Notes: a model not told the origin generated them from the letters alone. DNA of 63,567 bases from Kiritimatiellia bacterium (GCA_017540905.1 JAFYAC010000094.1:1-63567), one strand, 5' to 3'. Positions 1 to 8,128 are shown, counted from the first letter of the stretch. Numbers and translations are program-made.

Positions 1-3000
1 GACGCCAGGTTCTCCACGCTCGCGCCGTCCGCGTAGGCAATCGCCCCGTCAGCCGAAATCGCCCAGCCCGCGAACGTGTAGCCCGTCCGCGCGAAGGCGT
101 TGGCCCGCAACGCCGCCGCCGTGTCGTAGGTCATCGGCTGGTCTTCCATCGTCCCCGTCCCGCCGTTCGCGGCGAACTTCACCGTGTACGCGTTCGCCGA
201 CCACACGGCGTACAGCGTCACCGCCGCGTCCTGCTCGGACGCGAGGTTCTCCACGCTCGCGCCGTCCGCGTAGGCAACCGCCCCGCCCGCCGACGTCGCC
301 CATCCCGCGAACGTGTAGCCCGTCCGCGAGAAGGCGTTGGCCCGCAGCGCCGCCGCCGTGTCGTACGTCATCGGCTGGTCTTCCATCGTCCCCGTCCCGC
401 CGTTCGCGTTGAACTTCACCGTGTACGTGTTGGCCGTCCAGTGAGCGTAGAGCGTCAACCCCTCGGGCGGAACGGTGTCCGTCCCGGCCACGCGGCTTCC
501 GCCGTCCGGTTCCGTGAACCAGCCGCCGAAGGCGTAGCCCGTGCGCGACGCCGCGGCCAGCTCCCCGTACGCCCCGTACGCCGTGTACGTCCGCTCCGCC
601 GGATCGGCCGTGCCGCCGTTGCCGTCGAAGGCTACCCGCACGTCCACCGTCCGGACCGCCACCGTCTTCTCGGCCGTTGCCGAGACGCCGTTGGTCTCGA
701 ACACCGCGCGGACCACGGCGTCCCCGCCGGCCGGCGTCCCCGCCGCCACGAGCGTGCCCGGCCCAACGAAGGCCACCAGGCCGCCGCCGGATGCGACGCT
801 CCAGGCGGCCGCATCCGCCACGGCCACGGAACTCCCGTCGTTGAGGACCGCCGTCGCGGAGTACTGCACGGTCGTCCCGGCATCCACCTCGCCGGGCCCG
901 GAGATTTCGAGGGAAACGGGAATTAGCCCGCGCCGCGCCCACACGTGCAGCGCCCCCTCGCTGGTTCCGCCCGAGGACGCGGACTGGATCCAATAATGGT
1001 ACACGTTGCCCGCTTCCGCGCCGGTGTCCCGCCACGACGTCCCCTCCACTTCCGCGGCCGGGGCCGCCGCCGCGCGGTCGTCGCGGTCCGCGCGCGAAAC
1101 CGCGTACGAGGTCGCCCCCCTCGCCGCGCTCCACGACAAATCGATGACTCCCTCCGCGGGATTGTCTTCCGCCGTTCCTTCCGCCGGCGGGGGCGGCACG
1201 TCCACCGACGCCGACGCCCGCAGCGCCAGCTCCCCGAACGCCCCCGCGCCGGCATCCGCGTCCGCGTTCCACACCCCGTGGTGTTCGCCGTTGCCCAGCC
1301 CCGCCGGCCGCCCCGCCTCCCACGTCGCCAGCGGCACCGGCACCGCGTCCCCGCCCTCCCCGCCGTCTTCCGTCCAGTTCCCCTCCAGCGCCACGCTCGC
1401 GAACTCGCCCGCCGGAACCCCGGCCAGCTCGAAGGTCACGTCCACCAGCCCGTTCCACGGGTACCGCTGGCGCGCGAAGAGGCGCTCCACCCGCAGCGCG
1501 TCCCCGTCGATCCAGTGGGCGTGCAGCGCCGTCGTGTCCGCGTCCGCCACGCACGATTCGTCCACGCGCGCCCCGCCTTCCGCCGCCGTGTGCCAGCCGA
1601 GGAACGCCATGCCGTCGCGCTGGGCCGCGGGGAAGCTGCCGTAGGGCGCGCCGATCTCGTAGAGGGCGCTCGTGCGCTCCACGGTCCCGCCCGCCGCGTC
1701 GAACGACACCGTCACGTGCCGGTCGTCGGGCGCCGGCCGGAACCCGGGGACGCCGGCGGAAAAGACCGACGCCTTGTCGCCGGAGGCCGACCGCGCCGCC
1801 TGCAGGAAGTACCAGTTGGTCACGCCCGGCTCCGCTTCCGTGTCCCCGTACGTCAGCCCCTGCCGCCAGTCGCAGAGCATCGTCTTCTCCCCGTCCTCGC
1901 TGTCCGCGCGCCACACCCGGTAGTGCGTCGCGTCCTTCGCCGCCGTCCAGTACAGCACCACCGCGTCCTGCACCGTCCCCTGCGTCGCCGACACCTCGGT
2001 CGGCGGAGCGATCCCGAAGAAGCCGGCCATCGACAGGCGCGCCCCCGTGCGCACCTTGCCCGCCAGCGCCGCCACCGGTTCCGCCGCCGCGTAGAGGCGC
2101 TCCGTGATCCGCCCCGCGTCCTCCTCCGGGTACTCCGCCATCAGCAGCGCCAGCGCGCCCGCGACGTGCGGCGTCGCCATCGAGGTCCCGCTCTTGGCAT
2201 CCATCCCGTACGTTCCCAGCACCGTCGAACGGATGTCCGTCCCGGGCGCCGCGATGTCCACGTTCGCCGCCCCGTAGTAGCTGAAGTTCGCCAACCCGTC
2301 CTCCGGGTCGCTCGCCGCCACCGCCACCAGGTTGTCCACCTGGAAGTTCGCCGGGTAGAACGGGAACACGTCGTTGTCCCGCGGCGGCTGCCCGTTCCGC
2401 GCGTTCCCCGCCGCGCACGCGAACACCGTCCCCGCCTTGCCCATCTTCACCATCTGCGCGAAGAGGTAGTCGTCCCAGTCCGCCGACCCGAAGCTGCAGT
2501 TCACCACCCGCACCCCCTGTTCCGCCGCGTAGCGCAGGCACGTGATCGCGTCGCTCACCGCCCCGCGCCCCTCCCCGTTGAGGAACTTCAGCGACATGAT
2601 CTTCGCCGACCACGCCACCCCCGTCCCGTTCCGCCAGTTGTTCCCGACCGCCCCGATGATGCCCGCGCAGTGCGTCCCGTGCCCGTTGTCGTCCATCGTC
2701 GCCGCCCCCGCGTTACCGCCGATGCAGGCCACCCCGAACACGTCGTCCACGACCCCGTTCCCGTCGTTGTCCACGCCGTCGCCCGGGATTTCGCCCGGAT
2801 TCGTCCACAGGTTCCGGTTCAGGTCGAAGTGGTCGTGGTTGATGCCCGTGTCCAGCACCGCCACCAGGACCGACGACGCGTCCGTCCGCGTCTCCCACGC
2901 CTGCGGGGCCCCGATTTTCTCCAGCCCCCACTGGGCGGCCCAGTCCGGGTCGTTCGGCACCGCCTCCGCCTCGTAGATGTGGTCGGGCGCGACCGTCCCG

Positions 3001-3488
3001 CACATCCCGGTCTCCTCGATGCTCATCGTCATCTGGTCCACCAGGTCGGTCTCCGTGTTTTCGGATTCGACGACGTACACCGGATTCCCGTCGAGGTCCT
3101 CCATCAGCAGCCGGACCACCTTCAGGCCCTTCGCGGCCATGGCCTCCACGAACGACGCGTAGTCCTGCCCGGGCCCGAGCGTCGCCAGCACCCGGTTCGG
3201 CGAGTAGGCGCACATCGAGATTTCCTTCCGGCCGCGGACCGTCCGCTTCACCGCGTACACCGCCCCCGGCACGCGGGACGAGCGCAGCACCCACCGCTCC
3301 ACCTTGTCCCCCGCCGTCGCACGGGCTCCCGCCGGCGCCGCTTCCTCCCGGTATTCCGCGACCTCGCAGTCCTCCCAGCCCGCCGGGGGCGCCGCCGCGG
3401 GCCCCTCCGCCGCGCGCGACGGCAGGGCGCACGCCCCGGCCAAGGCCAACGACAGGCAATATTGGGTCAAACGGTGGATTGCGTTCAT
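1..3488 (-). CDS. Secreted subtilisin-like serine protease (peptidase S8) with C-terminal Listeria-Bacteroides-type repeat modules; 3' end runs off the window
   Basis: Absent from the ORF track because it has no in-window stop. Hand translation of the minus strand from the ATG at 3488 gives MNAIHRLTQYCLSLALAGACALPSRAAEG, a signal peptide. S8 triad motifs follow: VAVLDTGINHDH (Asp), DDNGHGTHCAGIIGA (His) and KSGTSMATPHVAGALALL (Ser). The C-terminal part consists of repeated GYTFAGWA...YTVKF.ANGGTGTMEDQPMTYD modules. Track ORFs 49..2613(-) and 945..3752(+) are off-frame shadows; no listed minus-strand ORF occupies this frame. Confidence 0.9.
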   Translation of the reverse strand, partial: MNAIHRLTQYCLSLALAGACALPSRAAEGPAAAPPAGWEDCEVAEYREEAAPAGARATAGDKVERWVLRSSRVPGAVYAVKRTVRGRKEISMCAYSPNRVLATLGPGQDYASFVEAMAAKGLKVVRLLMEDLDGNPVYVVESENTETDLVDQMTMSIEETGMCGTVAPDHIYEAEAVPNDPDWAAQWGLEKIGAPQAWETRTDASSVLVAVLDTGINHDHFDLNRNLWTNPGEIPGDGVDNDGNGVVDDVFGVACIGGNAGAATMDDNGHGTHCAGIIGAVGNNWRNGTGVAWSAKIMSLKFLNGEGRGAVSDAITCLRYAAEQGVRVVNCSFGSADWDDYLFAQMVKMGKAGTVFACAAGNARNGQPPRDNDVFPFYPANFQVDNLVAVAASDPEDGLANFSYYGAANVDIAAPGTDIRSTVLGTYGMDAKSGTSMATPHVAGALALLMAEYPEEDAGRITERLYAAAEPVAALAGKVRTGARLSMAGFFGIAPPTEVSATQGTVQDAVVLYWTAAKDATHYRVWRADSEDGEKTMLCDWRQGLTYGDTEAEPGVTNWYFLQAARSASGDKASVFSAGVPGFRPAPDDRHVTVSFDAAGGTVERTSALYEIGAPYGSFPAAQRDGMAFLGWHTAAEGGARVDESCVADADTTALHAHWIDGDALRVERLFARQRYPWNGLVDVTFELAGVPAGEFASVALEGNWTEDGGEGGDAVPVPLATWEAGRPAGLGNGEHHGVWNADADAGAGAFGELALRASASVDVPPPPAEGTAEDNPAEGVIDLSWSAARGATSYAVSRADRDDRAAAAPAAEVEGTSWRDTGAEAGNVYHYWIQSASSGGTSEGALHVWARRGLIPVSLEISGPGEVDAGTTVQYSATAVLNDGSSVAVADAAAWSVASGGGLVAFVGPGTLVAAGTPAGGDAVVRAVFETNGVSATAEKTVAVRTVDVRVAFDGNGGTADPAERTYTAYGAYGELAAASRTGYAFGGWFTEPDGGSRVAGTDTVPPEGLTLYAHWTANTYTVKFNANGGTGTMEDQPMTYDTAAALRANAFSRTGYTFAGWATSAGGAVAYADGASVENLASEQDAAVTLYAVWSANAYTVKFAANGGTGTMEDQPMTYDTAAALRANAFARTGYTFAGWAISADGAIAYADGASVENLA
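7..480. repeat. Tandem 237-bp (79-codon) coding repeat inside the S8 protease gene
   Basis: AGGTTCTCCACGCTCGCGCCGTCCGCGTAGGCAA... at position 7 recurs at 244, giving a 237-bp period that is near-identical. A more diverged third unit follows toward about 700. The array continues past the left window edge. Confidence 0.85.
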
Positions 3489-3507
3489 GGTCTTCCTCCT
3501 GGCTGGT

Positions 3508-3747
3508 TCATGCCTGCGGTGCAGCGGGATCCCCGGAGCGCCCCTCCGGGCCGGTTCCGGCCGCCGACGCCGCCAGGTCCGCTTCCAGCCTGTCCAGCTG
3601 GGTGCGGACCGCCAGCAGCGCCGCTTCCGGCACCGTGCAGTGCAACGCGCGGGCCACCGCCTCCAGCCTCTCTTCCAGCGGCGGCGGTATCCGGGCCCAC
3701 GTTTCGGCATGTCCTTCGGCTTTTTTCACGACCATTTTGTAATACAA
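3508..3747 (-). CDS. Small ribbon-helix-helix-like protein (hypothetical), 20 nt upstream of the S8 protease start
   Basis: The 79-aa ORF has strong GC3 bias. The segment ETWARIPPPLEERLEAVARALHCTVPEAALLAVRTQLDRLE fits a strand-helix-helix (CopG/Arc-like) pattern. The start may instead be the internal MVVKK. Confidence 0.5.
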   Translation of the reverse strand: MYYKMVVKKAEGHAETWARIPPPLEERLEAVARALHCTVPEAALLAVRTQLDRLEADLAASAAGTGPEGRSGDPAAPQA

Positions 3748-3829
3748 GGTGATACATCATGGCAAGCCCCGATTTGCGCCACTCCCCGCACCGGTTCGGT
3801 CCCGCCGGACGGCAGGCGGCAACCCCGGG

Positions 3830-3858
3830 CTGGCACGTTGCGGGGATTGTGGTATCTT
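3830..3858 (+). promoter_or_regulatory. Sigma70-like promoter CTGGCA-17-TATCTT preceded by TGTGG; predicts a near-leaderless mRNA for the 3867 gene
   Basis: CTGGCA lies at 3830-3835, followed by a 17-nt spacer ending in TGTGG and TATCTT at 3853-3858. The ATG at 3867 is only 8 nt past the -10 element. Confidence 0.4.
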
Positions 3859-3866
3859 CCCATACC

Positions 3867-4094
3867 ATGCGAAAAGACACTACCATTCCCTTCCGCCTGG
3901 ATGCCGGAACCAAGCAACGGCTCCAGGCCGCCGCCGACAGGATGGGACTTTCCACCTCCGCCCTCATCCGCATCCTGATCGATTCCTTCGTCCGCTCCTT
4001 CGAAGCCTCCGGCGGCCGCACCACCCTCCCCCTCGATTGGCCTCCCCCTCGCCTCCCTGATTTCCCCCCACCCTCTCCCCGCGCCCGCCGTTAG
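3867..4094 (+). CDS. Ribbon-helix-helix (CopG/Arc/MetJ-like) DNA-binding protein
   Basis: MRKDTTIPFRLDAGTKQRLQAAADRMGLSTSALIRILIDSFVRSFE is a typical RHH antitoxin-like fold. The track ORF 3759..4094 has an implausible N-terminal extension; I use the ATG at 3867. Confidence 0.65.
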   Translation: MRKDTTIPFRLDAGTKQRLQAAADRMGLSTSALIRILIDSFVRSFEASGGRTTLPLDWPPPRLPDFPPPSPRARR

Positions 4095-4125
4095 AGCAAA
4101 TTAAGAAAAAGTGTAGTCGCAAGCC

Positions 4126-4197
4126 GGGGAGGGCCCGGCTTCGTCCGGGCCTGGTTTTTCGTCCTTGCACACGGCCGCGACAAAGCGCGGCCCTCCC
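4126..4197 (+). repeat. Interspersed hairpin repeat, family H1 (GGAGGGCCCGGCTTCGTCCGGGCC ... GGCCGCGACAAAGCGCGGCCCTCCC), short variant
   Basis: The same termini occur at 7926-8023, 37797-37894, 25365-25460(-) and 50625-50720(-), with a partial copy at 22923-22952. Confidence 0.8.
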
Positions 4198-4658
4198 GAA
4201 ACGGCTACAGCATTTCTTAAACCGCTCTAGATTCCCCAATCGACTCTTTCCATGAGTCGGTGCCCCGCCGTCATCCATCGGCTTGGAACCTGCACTGCCC
4301 CTGCACGCAAGCCCCCGGCCCTCCGCGGGAGCATTCGCGATACCAAGGAAAAGATGGCCTTTTCCATCGATTTTCCGTATTTCTGCACGGCCCGCCCGCC
4401 CACCCGGGACATGGCGTTGGGCTTGCCGGGAGAGCGCGGGAACTACCATCGCGCAGCGCCTTGTTCGCCTCGTGGTTCTCTCGCCATTTGCAACACTGTT
4501 CTCCCGTTTGATGTGCGGCATCCTGCCCCTCCACTGGGGGCGCGGGCGTCCCGCCCGCGATGGGGGGGCGACTTTCCAGTCACGCCCCTTTTCTTCTTGG
4601 CGCGGCTGAAAGCCGCACCTCCCCAGCGCCACATCCCCGCCATGTTCTCCCGCATTCG

Positions 4659-4700
4659 CTTGCAATTGTCTGCAATTTGCAATAAATTGGCTGCAATCAG
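4659..4700 (+). promoter_or_regulatory. Candidate operator: four (T/C)TGCAAT repeats directly upstream of the DinJ-like gene
   Basis: The sequence is CTTGCAATTGTCTGCAATTTGCAATAAATTGGCTGCAATCAGCAA. An AAAGGAG ribosome-binding site and the ATG at 4724 follow. Confidence 0.4.
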
Positions 4701-4723
4701 CAACCAAAGGAGCCAACCCCGCC

Positions 4724-4984
4724 ATGTCCGCCGCCACTGCCACCATTTCCTTCCGCGTCAAACCCGAAATCAAGCGCCGGGCCGATGCCCTTTTCGCAAG
4801 TCTGGGCCTGACCACCTCCGCCGCCATGAACGTCCTGCTCATGCAGACCCTCGGACACCGCGGCTTCGCCGCCCCCATCGCCCTCCCCACCGGCGAACCC
4901 CGCACCGACGAAGAAGAAGCCGACGAGACCCCCAACGCCGAGACCGCCGCCCCCGCGACCGTCGCCGACCTCTTCGGCGCATAG
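4724..4984 (+). CDS. RelB/DinJ-family antitoxin-like protein (no cognate toxin ORF adjacent)
   Basis: MSAATATISFRVKPEIKRRADALFASLGLTTSAAMNVLLMQTL matches the DinJ-type RHH N-terminus. The C-terminal tail is acidic. The RBS is AAAGGAG. Confidence 0.8.
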   Translation: MSAATATISFRVKPEIKRRADALFASLGLTTSAAMNVLLMQTLGHRGFAAPIALPTGEPRTDEEEADETPNAETAAPATVADLFGA

Positions 4985-5028
4985 GCGCCCCCTGCCCCAT
5001 CCCGCCCCCCCCGAACCTACCGGTCCAT

Positions 5029-5122
5029 GCCTGCGGCGGCAAACACGGAGGGACTGGCGGAAGGAGGCACGGAGGTCTTTTTGCGGGCAGTTTGTTGGAG
5101 GGGCATCCGCGCCCCGAAAACG
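5029..5122 (+). repeat. Half-copy (single arm) of foldback family FB2
   Basis: CCTGCGGCGGCAAACACGGAGGG...GGAAGGAGGCACGGAG...GTTTGTTGGAGG...CCCCGAAAACGC aligns with the left arm of the element at 41625-41925. Confidence 0.7.
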
Positions 5123-5342
5123 CTCACAAACCATTTTTGGGGATATCCAAGATGGGTCACGTCGGGGCTCCCCCTTCCCCTTGGCGTCCGGGGGGAGCAC
5201 TTGCGATACCAAGGAAAAATCGGTCTTTTCCTGCGGTTTTTCCGTATTCTCACAGGTGGAAGTCGCCGACGTGGGGGAGGGAAAACCGCCGCTCCGAGGC
5301 ATGGCGGCGGGCTTGCCATGAGGGGGCGGCGGGGGTAGGGTC

Positions 5343-6593
5343 GTGGGGATGAGGTTCGTCGATTACATAGCGGCGGGGCAGGACCGCGGAAGCCTGGCGG
5401 TGTTCCTGACGCTGATGGCCACGATGCTGGGGGCATCGGCGACACTGGGCGTGGCGGCGAAGGCGGAGGCCATCGGTTTCCCGGCCATCTGGTGGCTGGC
5501 GTCGGGCTCCATCGGCCTGGCGTTGCAAGGGGTGTTGCTGGCGGGGCGGATACGGGAGACGGGGGCGAGGACCCTTCCGGAGCTGGCGGGCAAGGTGGCG
5601 GGGACGCCCGCGCGCCGCCTGGTGGCGGGCGTGATCGCCGTGGCGTGGCCGGGGGTGGTCGGCGCGCAGTTCGCGGCGGCGGGGAGTCTGGTCGGAGCGC
5701 TGGCCGGCGCGGACGCATCGGCGGCTTGGCCGGTCCCCGCGTGCGCGGCGGCCGTCATCCTCTACACGCTGCTCGGCGGGCAACGGGCGGTCGTCCGGAG
5801 CGACGCCATCCAGATGGCGGTCCTTGCGCTGGGGTTCGGCGGCCTCTTCGCGTGGGTGTTCGGCGGCAAGTGCGGCGGCGCGGGGGTGGCGTGGGGGGAG
5901 GTCCGGTGGGTGTCGGACGCCTTCGGCTGGCGGGAAGCCGCGCTGTCGGTGCTGACGGTGGGGGGGGCGTATTTCCTGGGACCGGACATCGCGTCGCGGT
6001 CGCTGCTGGCGCGGGACGGCCGGGCGGCGCGCCGCGCGGTGCTGTGGGCGTCCCCGGCGTTGCTGGCGTTCGCGGTCGGCGTGGTGCTGGCGGGGATGTG
6101 GGCGGGGGCGAACGCGCCGGGTCCGGGGAATCCGCTCCACCGCCTGGCCGCGCTCCTGCCGTGGGGGTTGCGGTGGTGCCTTTCGGCGGGGCTGGTGGCG
6201 GCGCTGCTGTCGTCGGCGGACACGTGCCTGGTGAACGCGGGGGCCATCGCGGCGAACGACCTGCTGGGCCGCGGGAGCGTGGGGGCGGCCCGCGCGGCGG
6301 TGGCGGCGGTGGGGGCCGCGGCGACGGCGCTGGCCATCGCGGGCGGCGACATCATCGGCATCCTCCTGAAAGCCTATTCGGTGTACACGCCGGGCGTGGT
6401 GTGCCCGCTGGCGGTGGCCATCGTGGCGGGGGGCGTCCGCCGCACGGGCCCGTGGCTGGCGGCGGTGGCGGCCGGCGGCGCCTGCGGTCTGGCGGGGACG
6501 CTCTGGCCGCGGCTGGCGTGGCTGCCGGCCGCGGGCATGGGCCTTTCGCTGCTGCTGGCCCTCGCCGCAACCGGCGGGAAAGGGAAAGAATGA
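5343..6593 (+). CDS. Sodium:solute symporter family (SSF) membrane transporter
   Basis: The 416-aa product is polytopic and hydrophobic, with SSF-like segments (LGASATLGVAAKA..., YTLLGGQRAVVRSDAIQ). The start is GTG at 5343 or ATG at 5349. Confidence 0.8.
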   Translation: MGMRFVDYIAAGQDRGSLAVFLTLMATMLGASATLGVAAKAEAIGFPAIWWLASGSIGLALQGVLLAGRIRETGARTLPELAGKVAGTPARRLVAGVIAVAWPGVVGAQFAAAGSLVGALAGADASAAWPVPACAAAVILYTLLGGQRAVVRSDAIQMAVLALGFGGLFAWVFGGKCGGAGVAWGEVRWVSDAFGWREAALSVLTVGGAYFLGPDIASRSLLARDGRAARRAVLWASPALLAFAVGVVLAGMWAGANAPGPGNPLHRLAALLPWGLRWCLSAGLVAALLSSADTCLVNAGAIAANDLLGRGSVGAARAAVAAVGAAATALAIAGGDIIGILLKAYSVYTPGVVCPLAVAIVAGGVRRTGPWLAAVAAGGACGLAGTLWPRLAWLPAAGMGLSLLLALAATGGKGKE

Positions 6594-7480
6594 GCGGGCC
6601 GCCACGTCCGCAGCCCCCCGCCGCCGGTGCCGGCCTGGTGCTCGAAGGCGGCGGCATGCGCGGGCTCTTCACGGCGGGGGTGCTCGACGCGCTGTACGCG
6701 GAAGGCATCCGCTTCCCCGGCATCATCGCCGTGTCGGCGGGCGCGGCGTTCGGCTGCAACTTCAAGTCGGGCCAGCCGGGGCGCGCCCTGCGCTACAACG
6801 TCCGCTACTGCCGCGACGGCCGCTACTGGGGGCTGGCGTCGCTCTTCCGCACCGGCGACCTGTTCAACGCCGACTTCTGCTACCGCGCCATTCCACGCGA
6901 ACTCGATCCGTGGGACGCGGCCGCCTTCGAGGCCGATCCGGCCCGCTTCTGGGTGGTCGCCACCGACGCCGACACCGCGGAACCCGCCTGCACGGAACTC
7001 ATCCGCGCCGACGGCCTGGCCTGCGAGTGGATACGGGCCTCCGCCTCCATGCCGGGCGTGTCGCGGCCCGTCCCCATCGACGGCCGCCGCTGGCTCGACG
7101 GAGGGATCTCGGACGCCATCCCCCTCGCCCGCTTCCAGGCGATGGGCTACCGGCGTTGCGTGGTCGTGCTCACCCGCCCCGCCGGCTACCGCAAGCGGTC
7201 CACCCGGCTCGCGGCCCTCCTCGCCCGCGCGGCGCTCCGGCGTTTTCCAGCGATTGCCGAAGCGATGGTGTCCCGCCCCGCGCGCTACAACCGCGCCCTC
7301 GACCATGTGGCCGCCGAAGAAGCCCGCGGGAACGCCTTCGTCATCCGCCCCCCGCGCGCCCTGCCCGTCGGGCGGACCACCCGTTCGCCGGACGCCCTCC
7401 GCCGCACGCACGCCCTGGGCCTCGAAGCCGCACGGTCCGCCCTCCCCGCCCTGCGCGAGTGGCTCGCCGCCAGCACCTGA
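6590..7480 (+). CDS. Patatin-like phospholipase
   Basis: MSGPPRPQ...GLVLEGGGMRGLFTAGVLDAL carries the GGGxRG oxyanion motif, AVSAGA is the GxSxG-type serine motif, and WLDGGISDAIP is the DG(G/A) Asp motif. Its start overlaps the upstream stop as ATGA. The first two thirds of track ORF 5492..7480 are an off-frame overlap with the transporter. Confidence 0.9.
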   Translation: MSGPPRPQPPAAGAGLVLEGGGMRGLFTAGVLDALYAEGIRFPGIIAVSAGAAFGCNFKSGQPGRALRYNVRYCRDGRYWGLASLFRTGDLFNADFCYRAIPRELDPWDAAAFEADPARFWVVATDADTAEPACTELIRADGLACEWIRASASMPGVSRPVPIDGRRWLDGGISDAIPLARFQAMGYRRCVVVLTRPAGYRKRSTRLAALLARAALRRFPAIAEAMVSRPARYNRALDHVAAEEARGNAFVIRPPRALPVGRTTRSPDALRRTHALGLEAARSALPALREWLAAST

Positions 7481-7520
7481 ACGACCGCAGAATGCCGCCG
7501 ACCTGGCGGTTCACGCACAT

Positions 7521-7875
7521 AGAGCGGTTCAAGAAAAGCGTGACGCAACCCGGGAGGCCGACCTGGGAGGTGCGGCTTTCAGCCGCGCAATGGACTTGGA
7601 CAAGCGGCGCGGCAGGATGCCGCACCCCCGGAAGTGCCGCAAGACCTCCTGAAAAAGCATCGCGCGACTTCCGGAGGTGCGGCTTCCAGCCGCGCCGTTG
7701 GAGGGGAGATTATGGGAAAACACGGGCAATTTCAGCCTGTTTTCCATCTCCATGCGCCCCGCGGGCGGGACGCCCGCGCCCCCAGAAATCACCCGCTTTT
7801 CCATCCGTTTTTCCTCACTGTCCGCATCCGCCAAGGCGCGGCTGAAAGCCGCACCTCCCAGGTCGGTTTCCCAGG
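7521..7875 (+). repeat. Composite interspersed element E, copy 1 (about 355 bp)
   Basis: It is collinear with 25482-25893. Shared blocks are CCTGGGAGGTGCGGCTT(T/C)CAGCCGCGC, GCAGGATGCCGCACCCCCGGAAGTG, GCATCGCGCGACTTCCGGAGGTGCGGCTTCCAGCCGCGCCG.TGGAGGGGAGATTATGG, CGCGGGCGGGACGCCCGCGCCCCCAGA and GGCGCGGCTGAAAGCCGCACCTCCCAGGTCGGTTT. Confidence 0.85.
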
Positions 7876-7925
7876 TTCCGCCACGGTCTTTATTCGGCCG
7901 CGCCCAAAAAGAGCAGCCGCATTCC

Positions 7926-8023
7926 GGGAGGGCCCGGCTTCGTCCGGGCCGCGACCACAGGGCGCTTCAGGGACATGCCTGAAACACCCTGGTCGCGCGG
8001 CCGCGACAAAGCGCGGCCCTCCC
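7926..8023 (+). repeat. Family H1 hairpin repeat, long variant
   Basis: GGGAGGGCCCGGCTTCGTCCGGGCC...CAGGGACATGCCTGAAAC...GGCCGCGACAAAGCGCGGCCCTCCC is close to the reverse complement of 25365-25460. Confidence 0.85.
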
Positions 8024-8128
8024 AAGACGGGCGCATTGTTTCGTGATTCTCTTTGGCGCTTCCCCACCGCGGACGCGCGGACGCGCGTCCCTCCCCGGGG
8101 AGAGCGCTTCCGGGGGCTGCATTGTTTC

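Noticed and set aside
49-3752. Track ORFs 49..2613(-) (854 aa) and 945..3752(+) (935 aa), plus smaller ORFs in this span
   Set aside because: Their translations are Arg/Gly/Pro/Ala-rich low-complexity sequence typical of off-frame reading of high-GC DNA. The third minus frame gives a clean S8 protease with signal peptide and catalytic triad and has no stop within the window.
4724-4984. Complete type II toxin-antitoxin module (DinJ-YafQ or RelBE)
   Set aside because: I found only the antitoxin-like gene. The downstream 358 bp and upstream 630 bp translate to repeat-derived low-complexity peptides with no toxin-like ORF.
5492-7480. A single 662-aa ORF spanning the transporter and patatin genes
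   Set aside because: Only the last 296 aa (from the ATG at 6590) are patatin-like. The upstream part is an out-of-frame overlap with the SSF transporter gene.
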